From Pseudovirgaria hyperparasitica (taxonomy: Eukaryota), in assembly GCA_010093815.1 (NCBI GenBank), contig ML996570.1: 64,000 nucleotides of DNA; one strand, written 5' to 3'. Of this stretch, positions 11,804 through 25,492 are shown one piece after another. The notes under the pieces are model-generated. The model was given only the letters and a program-made list of their open reading frames with translations. It was not told the DNA's origin and did not search any database. The translations under genes were made by a program, and so were the position numbers. Every line of letters begins with the position of its first letter. Within the stretch, counting starts at the first letter, position 1.

Positions 11804-13675
11804 GAGCTCTGTGGTCAACCTGTTCGGTGTATACGAATGAATTGTGTAGCGACAGAGACTCAGGAACTGACCACGCTTAGATGACCATGTCCTCCGTGGT
11901 GGTACAGCTGACGGCAGAAAGCTGGGTTGCCTACCTAATTACCTAGTACCACTGCCACCACCTTCTTGCTACGACCCACTTTATTGACCGGAACGCTGAG
12001 CTTGGTGATTGGTCTATGGCTGAGGCAGCACATCAGGCTTTCATCCCGCCCCGTTCTTCTCAGAAGCAATATCTACGAGGTTTGAGCATGGTTATGTTCC
12101 AAGGCGTCGAGTTTTGGCAACAAAGATAATATGTACGAGCCATGCGGATCGAGACCCAAGTTCTGTGATCTAGCGTTCGAGTTCATGTGTTCGATCTATT
12201 GCATGGGTAGGCAACCGGGGGAAGTGGACGGTGTGTATGGGGAACCAGGAACACAACAGACCGAGAAATGGATGGCGTCTATGGCCGTGTTTATCTCGGC
12301 ACTTAATTGAACTAAGCACAGGGCAGTGGACCCTAAGCACCAGGCGCACTACACTTGGACGAGCTTAAAGCTCGCAACGCCTCGGCACGTCCGCAGTGTG
12401 CAGGGAGCACGTGCCAGGCGTTCCTTATTTCACGATAAATGGAGCAACAGAGTAAGCCATCAGCAGGAGGTACTATAGGTACTCTAGTATCATGTAACTA
12501 CATAGTACTTCTTCGAGGCAGCGTGTCGACTTCTGTAACGTACCGGACCGCCAAGTCTATCTTCGTCTTGCTTCTCGTGTTCTCGCAAAGCTCCGTATCA
12601 GCACTCACACTCCAAAGTGGTTACGCACTTTTCAAAACGAGCCTTGCGCGTGGAGAAGTATTGGGATCGCCGTCCCGCTCCCATGTTACGAGCCGTCGCT
12701 TCTCAGCCCTGTATATTCCTGTTCCCCGGAGACCAGGCTGTATTGAAGCTGAGACGCCCTGAATTGGAAAGCTGATAGTATATGTACATACTAACGACAG
12801 CATTACCTTACTCCGGAACCGAGATTTTCTCGGAAGTGACCAGGAAGTACAATCAACAAATGACGTGTCTGGTTCTGGTTCGATGTCGTACTCGGATACA
12901 TCATACAGTGACCTGCGCCTGCACTTGTCCAAGGTTTGCCGCTGCGGGCACGTCGATCACTAGGTATCCTGGTCCTGATCCATACTGCCGTGGGCGTGTT
13001 GACATTAGCTGCAGCTGCACCTGTTACTAATGCTGCAGATATGAGAAATGAGCTTGCGGGGTGCCGCGGAATATGAATGAATGAACAAGATGAATTCTAG
13101 CTATGGTTATGTCGTGGCATTGCGAGGCGGACAAGCTCCGGCACATGTTTGTACCTGGGTCTCGGCCTGCTCTTGTTTTTCATAATCTGAATGAGGAAGG
13201 TCACTCGCTTACTGCAGCAGTTCTCCCTCCAGGCTCAGTGTTTGGGCACGTCCGAGACATAATCTAATCATGGGAGCTTGCTGATAGTCTATCGTTCCAC
13301 TATGCGACAGCATACGACCAACATACGACCAGCATAGCATATGAGACTGGGTCAGGTTCTAGTATCAGCTACTATTTCACCGCCCCATCGGATCGCTGAG
13401 AGACAAAATGCGAATGTGCGACGTAGATCGTGTCATGCTCCAAGTTTATTCGCTGTTAACATGGGATATGATATAGAGACAACGTACGAAATCTAATAAT
13501 GTCTGTCTGGAATGATGTATTATTTTTAAATGCTTTTACATGGCCATCTGGAACAGAGGCTTGGTGTTCAAAATATCACAACATGGATGGAGTCGAATGT
13601 GTATAGGTCATCTCGGATACGAACATTCTTCAGGTTTCATTGGACCGCTGCGTTAAGTCATTGCCGTGCCTGCCT

Positions 13676-14643
13676 CTATTTTCCGACCTTGGAAGCGATG
13701 AAGTTTACAACGTCGCCATTGTACTTTGTCATATAGCTATGGTGGCCCTGGTTTCCGTTGTTTGGCATGTAGCTGCAGCATTGCTCATCGTAATAATCGC
13801 AATAGCTGCGCATGGCTTTAGCGAAGGGCGCGCATCCCAAGTTCACAAAGCGGGGGAGGTACTATGGGGAAATTATCAGTCTTAGCCGCAGTATAAGGAG
13901 TTTGAAGCTGTCGCAGAACGCCAACAATTTGCAATTGAGAACAAGACAGAGGTCGGGTGGAAGAGACAAAGAGTTAGACTTACACCAACGCCGTTGGTAC
14001 AATTGCCGACGTTCCAAGGCTGGTTTGGGGCATGTGTTTCGTCTCCATATGCGACAATCGCGGCCACTGCGCTTTGTTAGAATATCTCCAGGCGAGAAGA
14101 AGTATAGACACTTACCATTCTTGTTGTATTTCGAGTCCATTGCTGTTATTGGAATCGTGCCAATCTGCCCGGTTCCACAGATGGCGTCCATAACGGCAAC
14201 TGCTCCCTGGAAGAAGAAGGTTGCGTCAAAATCAACTACGTTACATGATCGTGGGTACTGGAAAGACTGGACGGGTCTCAGCTTACCAAGGAGTAGCCCA
14301 TGAGCGAGATCTTAGAGTCGGGGCAGCTGGCAGCATAATCGGCAACGTATTGCTGGAGCATTGCAGAACCATTGTGCGCAGCAGCGAGTTTGTTCGAGTT
14401 TGTGAAGTCGTACCTCAGGCCGAGCACTGTCGAACCTGGAAGACGGCGGTACAAGTCGTCGGATAATTGATACAATACATTCAATGGCGATGGGTCACCA
14501 TCATCTGCTAAGCTCTCGCCTCTTAAGAAAATGCCATGAACGGCGCCGGCCGGGGCACACTTCGCTGCAGCGGTCTGCTGTGCGACTGAAGGCACGCTTA
14601 GGAGGCCGAGGGCAATGGTGATGGTGCTCGCAACGGAGAACAT
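13676..14643 (-). CDS. Secreted carbohydrate esterase family 5 (acetylxylan esterase/cutinase-like)
   Basis: Signal peptide; CPDSKISLMGYSL|GA nucleophile elbow split by an intron; AAIVAYGD; PWNVGNC; last exon RSYCDYYDEQCC...GHHSY carrying catalytic Asp and His; three introns; stop at 13676-13678. Confidence 0.85.
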
Positions 14644-16279
14644 TTTGAATGGCGGTGGCAGGGTGCAATCAGAGAGCAATCAGGGACCTGTGGAGCAGAC
14701 GTGAAAATGGCGTTGAACTGTCAGTGTGCGGTGATAGCAATACTGTAGATTTAGGTATTAGATTGTAGGCATTAGATTTTCCTGATTCTAGTAATTAACC
14801 CATGCGCGACTGTCACCGGTGCTCACTTCGAAGCCCCATAATTATTAACGCATAATAGTGCCGATCTAGGTGATGGAGGTGGCGTGCTCTAAGTCACGCC
14901 CAAAGGCAAAAGCAGTGTGATTACCTATGGACCACGGCAGAAGCCATGATAAGACAGACTCGGCGTACTGCAAAGATGCAGACCCTGAGGCTTGAGGCAG
15001 TGCAATGGGGTTTGCAGATGCCAGACATACGGAGAGCATCTTGAACGAACCATTATAATGTCAATGAGTGAACGCGATTTTGTCTTGAACGATACCGCCC
15101 AGAGTCAATTGGCCTCGGTCGAGCGAGCGGTCGGCACTATTGCTCTCATCATTAGAAGAACCTGAACCTGATGGTGCAGGAGGCCGCCGGCGACGAAGAC
15201 ACAGAGCAAGCTATAGGGCGCACGCTAAGCAGCCTATTAGCGGAACTGCACATATCTCGTTCTCCTTATTTCAAGATATCCTTTGCCTGCCATTCCATCT
15301 CAGTGCCCCTCGCTGCTTCTCCCATTCACCTTGCCTATGTCATGTGGAGAAGTGGTCATGCCACTTTGGCGCAACCATGGATCAAGCCTCTTCGTATTTC
15401 TCTCAAATCCCCTTTTCCCCTTCCCCCGATTTCTCCAGTTCTCCAATTTTCCTTTTCTTCTTTTCGCCTAGATAGCAGTGCTGGAACCTATGATGATAAG
15501 GAGTTCGTGATTTGCCACATTTTGTCTGTTCCTCGAGTCGGCGGATCCTCTGATTGGCAGCCTCCGATGAGCATTCAAGCCACATTTAGTATCAACAGCA
15601 CCAGATCGGCATTCAAGGCGTCCGGGTTCTCGTTTCCGTGGAGAGGTGCTCCTCGGCATCCCGAAGGCCCGGATACACACATGGGAGTCACAGCGGTCAG
15701 ACGGGCACAAGCAATAGGGGTACTACGCAGTGCCTCCCAGGGCCACTGCCAAGGATGCGGCGTTCACAAGGAGACTCGCGGCAGTAGCAGATAGACTCCG
15801 ATGCCAGGATGATAGATGCGTAAGGCCCAGTCGATTGAGATCTTAGATGCTGCATCTGCAGCACCAAATAGTGGTCAACAAAAAGACATGAGCTCTCGAT
15901 TCTGGAAAGATGAGACATCGAACGATCAGGACAAAGTTAGACATTGTATATTGCATATTACTGCCATGCAGATGGTTTGATAAATGAATGTAAAATCGAT
16001 AGACCAAGTTCGATATTCGCAGCATCAGTACAAGGAACGCTCCTTGTTCGTTTGTTGTTATTCGAACCTTGGGGATCCACGTCCAAGGGCCCCACCGCAC
16101 AGACTCCGAGAAACTCCACTATGCCATATCCATACTTGGCGCTCTTACCCTTGCAGGTTATCAAGGGTGTATCCCTTCACCCTCCCTGTACCTGCACCTG
16201 CACTTACCTGCTTGCGCTTACTTGCGCTTGCGCTTGCAATTACTTGCAACCCGAGGTCAGCCCATTCGTCCTCGCTCTA

Positions 16280-17283
16280 CTAGCTCTCCTCCACAGATGA
16301 TCCATCTCTGACATTCTCTATCATTTCTCGCACCGCGTCGGCCAGCTCGTGTATCACCATACCACCTCTAGGGATAGTATGGCCCTTGCCTGTATCGAAG
16401 AGCTTGGCAGTGTTGTCGTCACAGAGATTATACAGCGCTACCGCCCCGTTCTTGTATGGATCTGCTCTAAATTAGCTTCCGCATGGTAAACACGAAGCAG
16501 AGCTTACCGTTTGCGCCAATGACGTGCAACGATGGGATATCAATCCGAAAATCACTTTCGTCGCTGAGTACCGGCATCGAGTCTGCCCCTAAAGGCGGCC
16601 AGCCCGTAAAAAAGATGGCGCATTTAATTCGCCTCTGTCGTCCGCTTTCGACATGTCTTCTTATCTCGTCCATAATCAGCGTCGATCCCAGACACGAGCC
16701 TTCACTGTAGCCAACGATGCCCTCGATCTCTGGGTCGTCTTCTAGGACTCGATGAAGCAGTTCCAGTACTGATCGTGTGCTGTCGATGATAATGTCGTTT
16801 GTGTCCGCGTCTCTGCCACCAAGGAGGAGTTTTCTCATGACATCCTCAGGAGTGTCTCCCGTGGGCAGACTTCGGATACGTTCGAGTAGTCCTAGTGCTC
16901 CAAGTCCACCATCGGTCAACCATCGGTAATGAGGACCAATCCCGAAGTATGTTTCGAAGCCCTAGTGTAATGCATGTGAGTTTACGTTTCTTGGCAGGGC
17001 TCTAGTTGGGGCTTCGACATCTCTTACATGTGGTGGGTCAACCTCTACAGGTGCGTTCATGTAACGAAACGATGCAGCGTGATCCTGCGCTAAATCTTTT
17101 TCTAGCGGTGCTGTTGGGCGTCAGACTTGTGTCTTCTCGAACTCGATACAACACTGATTACCGAGCTGGATACTGAAGTTCTTTTGATGTTATGTTAGCA
17201 TACCTATCGCACGATATAGGATTCTTGATTCCAAAACCTACGTCCGTATTGCCAATGGATCCATGAAGACAGAGGAACTTCAT
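16280..17283 (-). CDS. FSH1/DUF341 serine hydrolase (LovG-family polyketide-releasing esterase)
   Basis: Spliced model starts MKFLCLHGSIGN and has GYSEG (Ser), HVIGAN|DP (Asp) and DTGKGHTIPR (His); four short introns; divergent from the PKS. Confidence 0.9.
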
Positions 17284-17739
17284 TCTTGATCACCTCTGAT
17301 AGCACGTATGACTCTGATACATGTGTCGCTTGAAGGTTTAAACTTGTCGGGGTGACTCGATGATTAAAATATCTTCTGCCGCCTTCATATAAAACCTTGT
17401 ATGTGTTGTCCCCCCCTCCCCCCTCCACTGCCTGGTAACGCTACTCTGGGAATTGGTCCGGGCTTGCCAGACCTTGCCACGACGCCTGTCCACTTCGGGT
17501 ACTCCATCTACTATCTTTTGCCTAGGATCTTGTTTGTCGATCACTACTTAGCTTCATGGATAAAGCTATCCATACCCCTTGTGGTGCCCTCGGAGCTTCA
17601 CATGTGTCCGTACACTTCTCATCATTCTTTGCTCTTGATATAGTTGAATTAACATTTATTGGCATATCTTCATGTTGGTTGAGTAACACTGTAACCATTC
17701 CCTGCGTTCATCGCACCCTCTCCCAATCGTCCCATCACA

Positions 17740-20700
17740 ATGGCAACCAAGATCGCCGTCATTGGTTACGCATGTCGTCTACCTGGCCAAGTGTCAACGC
17801 CAGAGGATCTCTGGGAGCTTTGCACTCGTGGCCGGAGTGGGTGGTCTGAAATACCGAAAGATCGAATGAGTGTGGATGCCTTCCATCACCCGAATCCCTC
17901 CAAGGCCGGCGCGTTCAATCCTAAAGGTGGCTACTTTCTCAAGCCAGAAGACTATGAGCGCTTTGACGCGTCTTTCTTCAACCTCACACCAGCCGAAGCA
18001 ATTTCACTGGATCCACAGCAGCGACTTCTTCTAGAATGCACGTTCGAGGCGCTCGAGAGCGCTGGCATTCCTCGAGAGCAGATTGCTGGACGTGATGTGG
18101 GCGTTTACATTGGGGGTAATTTTTCAGATTATGAATTAAGAAATGTGCGAGACTTGGAAACCTCTCCCATGCATCAGGCCACTGGTTGTGCTCCAGCAAT
18201 GCAGTCGAATCGCATATCTTACTTCTTTGACCTTCGAGGCCCAAGTTTGACAATCGACACCGCATGTTCGGGAAGTCTCGTCGCACTGCATCATGCCGTA
18301 CGAAGTATACAATCCGGGGAAACCACTGAGGCCATCGTTGGTGGATCTCGTATGAACCTTCTTCCAGATTACTTCGTCACAATGTCCATGTCTCAGCTCT
18401 TCAATGACACTGGGAAGACATTTGCTTTCGATGAACGTGCAAACTCCGGGTTTGCGCGGGGTGAGGGTGCTGGTGTGGTTCTCCTGAAACCACTCGACGC
18501 AGCGATCCGAGATCGTGACCCGATTCGCGCCGTCATCTGTGGTACTGGAGCCAACCAAGATGGTAGAACGCAAGGAATCACGAATCCAAATGGAGATGCG
18601 CAACGGGACCTCATCAAAAGAGTGTATCAGGAAGCTGGGCTAGACCCAAAGCTCGTTGGGTTTGCCGAAATGCATGGTACTGGTACTAAAGTCGGAGATC
18701 CAATCGAGGCACGCTCTGTGCACGAGGCACTGGCAATACACCGATCACCGCAGGATCCGCTCTACATCGGCAGGTAAGTAAATCTAAGTTTTCTCCGAGA
18801 CCAATACTGACCCTAGGACCCTGTAGTGCCAAATCAAACGTTGGACATCTGGAGGGTGCAAGTGGCATCGTCTCACTCATCAAAGCAGCTATGATGCTGG
18901 ACAAGGAGCTGGTTCTACCTAATACGAACTTTCGCAAAGCAAACCCTGCCATACCCATGCAGGATTGGAACATGAAAGTTCTCACATCGACCAGGCCATG
19001 GCCACGTGGTAAGAAGTACGTTTCCATCTCGAACTATGGGTTTGGAGGAGCAAATGCCCATGCTGTGTTGGAACGTCCACCTTTGGACCGGAACGACAAG
19101 CCGCAAGTCGATGCAGATTCAATACCGGACCCAAGGACAAAGCTTTTCACCATATCTGCAAACGACAAAGAGTCATTACAAGCTCGTGTTAAGGACCTGG
19201 GGGTTTACTTTGAGCAACGTCCGGAAGTGTTTGAGAAGATGCACGCATCGAATGTTGCCTACACATTGGGCTCAAAACGATCCCATCTAGCTTATCGTCT
19301 CGCCGTTTCTGCCAACTCTTTGGACGAGCTCGGGATGAAGCTTGCACAAGTTAGACTTACATCCTCGAAGGTGCTCAAACAGCCAGTCATCGGCTTTGTA
19401 TTCACCGGTCAGGGCGCTCAGTGGGCACAGATGGGCGTAGGCCTTATGAATATATATCCAGCATACTCTGCAGCCATTACAAGAGCTGACAGATACCTCA
19501 AGCAGATCGGTGCAGATTTTTCGCTCATAGAAGAACTGCAGAAATCTCCTCAGTCCTCTCGTATCAATTCACCGGACCTCAGTCAGCCCGCTTGCACTGC
19601 TGTTCAGATAGGACTCGTCGACCTGTTCAAGTCCTGGGGTATTTGTCCTTCGACAGTTGTAGGCCACAGCTCAGGGGAAATTGGTGCTGCGTATGCTGCT
19701 GGCGCTTATAGCGCTGACGACGCCATGGCCATGGCGTACCAGCGCGGCATGATGACTTTGAAACTCAAGAAGATGTTTCCGTCATTGAAGGGTGGGATGA
19801 TCGCCATCGGTGCGAGCGCCCAAAAAACGAAAGCATATATTGACAAAATCAAAAAGGCTTATTTGACAATTGCATGCATCAATAGCCCTACTAGTGTGAC
19901 CGTCTCAGGGGATGCTACTGCGATTTCACAGCTTCATGACCTCTTGGACGAGGACAGTGTCTTCAACAGAATCCTCAAAATCGACGTTGCTTATCACTCA
20001 GAACATATGGCTCGCGTATCTGAACAATACCTCGCAGCCATAGCAGACCGGGTACCAGCGAACTCTTTGACGGCCAAATTCTACTCCTCTGTCCATGGTC
20101 GTGAGGTGGAGGCTTCCGAGCTTGGTCCAGAGTACTGGGTCAGGAACCTTGTTTCTACGGTGCTATTTCCCAACGCATTAATACCCATGTGTACGGGGGA
20201 TAGCAAGCCAGATATACTGATCGAAATGGGTCCTCACTCCGCACTAAAAGGCCCAATTAAAGATACTTTGAAGAGTCTTGGCCCTTCCAGCGTTAAGATT
20301 GAGTACTCTGCAAGTGTTCTTCGAAACACTAGCGCCGTAGAGTCTGTTCAGGATGCTGCGGGTGCTGCGTACGTCAAGGGCGCGGTCCTCGACATGTATG
20401 CAATCAACTTTCCCAGCACAGGGGCAAAGTACAATTCGCTCCTGACCGACCTCCCTCGCTACCCATGGCAGCGCTCAACGTCGTATTGGCACGAATCTAG
20501 AATTCCAGACAAACACAAGTCAAGAAGTGGAAAGCGGAATGACGTACTCGGCGTTCTCGCCAACTATTCGAATGATCTAGAGCCAACGTGGAGAAACATT
20601 ATTAGGTTGGACGATGTGCCCTGGTTACGACATCACAAGATGCAGGGAATGCCCGTATTTCCCATGGCTGGCTATCTATCCATGGCCGTCGAAGCAGCCC

Positions 20701-23700
20701 AACAACGAGCAGATGACCGTAAAGTGGCATTTGACACCTTCGAGTTACGCGAGGTAGTTGTCGGCTCAGCTTTAATATTTCAGGATGGGGTGGACACGGA
20801 GGTCACAATAACGCTTCGCCCGTTCAGTGACGCCTCAAGGGGGCAATCGGACACATGGGACGAATTCAAGATCTGCTCATACGAATCGAAGCGCGGGTGG
20901 GCCCAACACTGCCGAGGACTTGTCCGGGTAAATGACTCCGAGAAACACAAAGATCGAACGGTCGCTGTCGACGCCTCGATGCATGAGGCAGCGGCAAGGA
21001 GCCAATTCGATCACGCAGCTGCTTTGGCAACAAAACCTGTCGACGAAGACGCTATGTACGCCAGAATTGACGCAGTAGGAGCTGGTTACGGTAGCACTTT
21101 CCAAGGCCTGCGTCAATGCTACACAGGGGCCCACCACAGTCGTGGTAACATCTTTGTACGAGATACTCGAAGCATAATGCCCAAAGAACACGAGCCTACC
21201 CTCATCATTCACCCATCTCTGCTCGATATTTTCCTACACCTCACTTGGCCTATCCTCGGTGCTGCAGGAGACAATTTCGAGACCCTATACATGCCCACAG
21301 TAGTGCAATCAGTCAAGATTGGCCGTGATGTAGTGCACATTCCAGGAGAGTACTTATCTGTTTGGTGCGCTGGAGACCCAGATCTCTCCAATCCCAAGCC
21401 GACTACATTCGAAATTTGTGCAGCTAGAGCAGGCGATCTTGGAAACCCAGTGATCAAATTCGACGGATTTGTTATGACGCCAATCAGGGACTCTGGTGCA
21501 GCTGATAAGTCTCTCGTGAGAAAACTTTGCTATAAGCTCGTCGAGCAGCCCTTTATAGCCCCGATTCCAATCAGTCAGAAGAGTGAGATGAATGGTCAAC
21601 ACCATAATGGCATCAATGGACACGTATATAGCAATGGCCACGCGAATAGCGTCAACGGTAATATCTCTGATGATGAGCTAGCAGACAGCGGTATCGGCAC
21701 GCCGATTGAACAACCAAATATCCTCATCCTCCAGATTGGTGAAAACGACAAGCTTGCTGAGGATCTAGCCGGCGCCATCAACTTCTCGACTGGTTCGCGA
21801 CCTCCGATTCGGACTGTCGGCAAGACGTACTGCTCCAATAAGCGCCTTGTCATCCTTGAAACGGCCACGAAGTCACTACGCACGATCGAGCAAGCTGAGT
21901 TTGATAGCCTTAAGCAAGCTCTATTAACTGCTAAGGACGTACTGTGGGTTTACTCTCGCGACTTTCCAGAGTCGAGCATGAGTGTCGGTATGCTCCGCTC
22001 GATTCGCTCGGAAAATTCGCATAGAATCGCGATACTGGGTGTTGAAGACATTGAGTTAAAGTCGAACTGGCCTTCCAGGTCGATCATGCGAACTCTGGAT
22101 GCCCTGTGGTTCGCCGAGTATGAAAAACCCGTGGAAGATCTAGAGTTCGTGGCTAAAGATGGCGCACTATTCGTGCAACGAGTCGAGGAAGACAATCTTA
22201 TGAATCAATTCGTCAGTAACGAGAATGGCGCTACCATTCTTGAAAAGCAGTCGTTTGAACAAGCGGATAGAAGACTGAAGATGCAGATCGGTAGCTATGG
22301 GGCTCTTGATAGTATCCACTGGGTGGACGACATTCCTGTTGCCCTTGGGGATGGCGACGTCGAAATCGAAGTTAAAGCTTCTGGTGTCAACTTCAAGGAT
22401 ATCGTGGTCTGTATGGGACAGCTCAGTCAACCGTACATCGGCGTCGAGTGCAGTGGTATCATTTCTGCAGTTGGCAAGAACGTGACCAGCGTCAGGATCG
22501 GACAGAGAGTCATGGCTCAAGTCGAAGGCGCATATTCAACCTACGCACGCTGCCCTGCGACGAGTGTTCATCCTATCCATGAAGGCATGACTTTTGAACA
22601 AGCAGCGACTATACCGGTCGTATTCTGCACGGCATACTATGCACTGTTCGACCTCGGCCGGCTACAAAGAGGTGAGAAAGTGTTGATACACGCTGGCGCT
22701 GGCGGTGTAGGGCAGTCTGCTATCATGCTTGCGAAAATGGTCGGCGCCGATATCTACACAACTGTGGGTAGCCGAGATAAGAAGAAATTCTTGATGGACC
22801 AGTATAATCTTCCCGAAGATCGCATCTTCTACAGCAGAGATACCTCCTTCGCAACAGACATTCGCAGGGCAACCGGCGGGTATGGTGTAGATGTTGTCTT
22901 GAACTCTTTGGCTGGTGACATCCTCCACGACACCTGGGGCCTACTCGCGCCCTTTGGTCGCTTTTGTGAGATTGGCAAGGCCGACATTACCAGGAATAGT
23001 CGCCTGGACATGATGAAGTTCGAGTATAACTGTTCTTTCAACTCAATCGATCTGACCAAGGTGGCATCTTACAAGCCTCAACTTATGCAACGTTTGCTCG
23101 CAGACGTCTGTGGTCTGATGAGCAAAGGAATTATCTCTCCCATATCGCCTGTCAAGATCTACTCTATTTGCGAAACTGAATTGGCTTTCAGAGCTTTGCA
23201 AAGTGGCAAAGCTATGGGTAAGCTTGTTGTCGTTCCTCATCCAACTGATACTATTCTTGTAAGTACCCTCTGATACTTCGTTTTCGTAGGTTCTCATCAG
23301 ATCCAGGCGTCCAAACGAAAAGTTGGCGACAATATCCTCCATGCTGATGCTACGTATGTCATCATTGGCGGTACAGGTGGTCTCGGCCGTAGTCTCGCGA
23401 AGTGGATGTCGTCAAAAGGTGCCCGCAACATCGTCCTTACATCTCGAAGCGCAACTATCAACGCCCGGATCCAAGCCCTGATGGACGATCTCGAGCCAAG
23501 CGGAACAAGAATTCTGGTTCAAAAATGCGATGTAGCCGACAAGGCATCCCTCGAGAATCTCATATTCACAGGCCTCGGATCCCTCCCCCCTATTCGCGGC
23601 GTCGTTCATGGTGCTATGGTCCTTCGAGATACTCTCTACGAGCAAATGTCTCTTGCAGACTTTCACGCCGTAACAACTTGCAAAGTTGATGGCGCTCTTA

Positions 23701-24437
23701 ATCTTGCCTCAATTCTCTCTTCCTCGCCCCTCGACTTCTTCATCGCCCTCTCCTCTATTGCCGGTGTTATTGGAAACCGCGGTCAGGCCGCCTATGCTGC
23801 CGCAAACGTCTTCTTGGATTCATTCATGGCGCACCGTCGAGCTCAGGGTCTGCCTGGTGTCTCCATTGATCTGACTGCCGTTTCCAACGTCGGTTACCTA
23901 GCCGATGGGAGCGCCGCGCGCCGAGAGGAAGTGCTCAAGAACATAGGCGGCTCAACAATCGATAAGGCAGAAGTGCTAGCCATTTTTTCGGCAGCTGTCA
24001 CGGGTGAGATTACTCGTACATGCGCAGGACAATGCATCACCGGCCTAGCCACAAATGACTCTACAAGTTTTTGGCTCGAAGACAATAAATTCAAGTCTCT
24101 GCGCGAAGCCGTTCAACAGACTTCAGGGTCGGCTGGCTCATCAGGTGTTGCGGTCGCACTATGTAAAGTGCTGCGTACATCGGCAAGCAAAGACGATGCG
24201 AAGCAAGCATTCTACTCGGCACTCGCAGCCAAGTTGGGGGCTGTACTGGTGGTCCCTGAGGATGCGATCGAGCCGACGCACACATTGAAGAGTTTGGGCT
24301 TGGACAGCCTGGTTGCGATAGAGATCCGTAACTGGATTGGGCGAGAAACTGAAGTGAATGTGCAGGTCCTGGAGTTGTTGACGAGTGGAAGCATCATGAG
24401 TTTGGTGGAGCTGGTGTTGAAGAAGATGGGAATTTGA
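17740..24437 (+). CDS. Highly reducing iterative type I polyketide synthase, KS-AT-DH-ER-KR-ACP, no C-methyltransferase, ~2198 aa
   Basis: Introns 18774-18826 and 23259-23306 give a continuous frame. KS DTACSGS/HGTGT/GHLE; AT GHSSG; DH HKMQGMPVFP and DIFLH; ER LIHAGAGGVG; KR GGTGGLG, VLRD, YAAAN; ACP LGLDSL. Confidence 0.96.
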
Positions 24438-25492
24438 ATTTGGACCATGCATATACAGACGGCGGGGATGGGTGGCCGGGATAATGCAGTGTTAAGTGTG
24501 GCGTTCGCAGCAGGGACCTTATATTTTTGTTTCAGCAGTCAGGAGTTCGGTTGCATACGCGCTACTAGGTATATACGGGTCATTGATGGTGTCACCGTTT
24601 ATTGGATTTGGGTATCTTCGTTTCCGCATTCGCCCAGGCAGAGGGTGTGTACGATCTTATTTGAAGCAAAGGTCAGGCCGGGGCTTTGTCTTGTTCTCTA
24701 CTTTTTTGCTGTTTGTAATACCATTGGCCCAAGGGCGTTGTACAGGCCTAAACTCTACTATCTGCCTGATGCTATTACTATATAAATTCGATTATATTTG
24801 AAGAGCCGTGTATCCACCCCAACCCACCTGTGGGAGAAAAAACCATGTGAATAACAGTGCTGAGCGTTCTAGCCCGACATCACGCACGCTTTCTGTTATC
24901 ATCACAGTAACATATCTCCATTCTGTTCCACAGTTTGTATACGAATGGGCCACTTGATGGGTTATATAACCCTTACCCTCTTCGTTGCTAGCCTGCGTCG
25001 ACCAGCATGTGTTCAGCGTGTCACACTGAAATGGCTTGCAGTACCGAATTTCTCATGCCGATGAGCGAGGAGCCGCGATGTTGGCCGCTCCAGGGTTCTG
25101 CCACTCCGATACTTCGATGTCACAAAATATGACTATTTGGTTGAAGGATGATATCGTTGTCACTCAATGCTGACTGTATCATGGATCCTGCCGCAGACAT
25201 TAATAAGGAGGACTACTTCACTGACTATAGCGTTCTCTCACTTCTCAAAGCTAGTCCGCACATGTCGAATTAGGGACAAGAATGCGATGGTTCCTTGGTA
25301 TAGAATGGGAAAGAGGATAGCAAGCAGACAATAGGAAGTTGACCCACTATAGCTATGACCATAATGGCCTGAGTTGAAATACTGGGCTACTTGGTTTTGA
25401 CACCCCTAGCCCGCCCGTACTACGATTCACTCAGTCGTCCAAAATTCACATCCTCATAGCAAATCTCTGCAACTCTACTAGAACAATCGATA

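Noticed and set aside
12490..12932. Minus-strand ORF that continues past a TAA
   Set aside because: No recognisable motif; not enough to call a gene or pseudogene.
15171..15794. 207-aa ORF between the CE5 and FSH1 genes as a cluster gene
   Set aside because: No recognisable domain, includes a pyrimidine-rich non-coding-like tract, and no supporting splice structure.
17309..17358. Two TGACTC (Gcn4/CpcA-like) hexamers in the PKS/hydrolase spacer
   Set aside because: Neither is the full TGACTCA site, both lie very close to the hydrolase ATG, and hexamers arise by chance.
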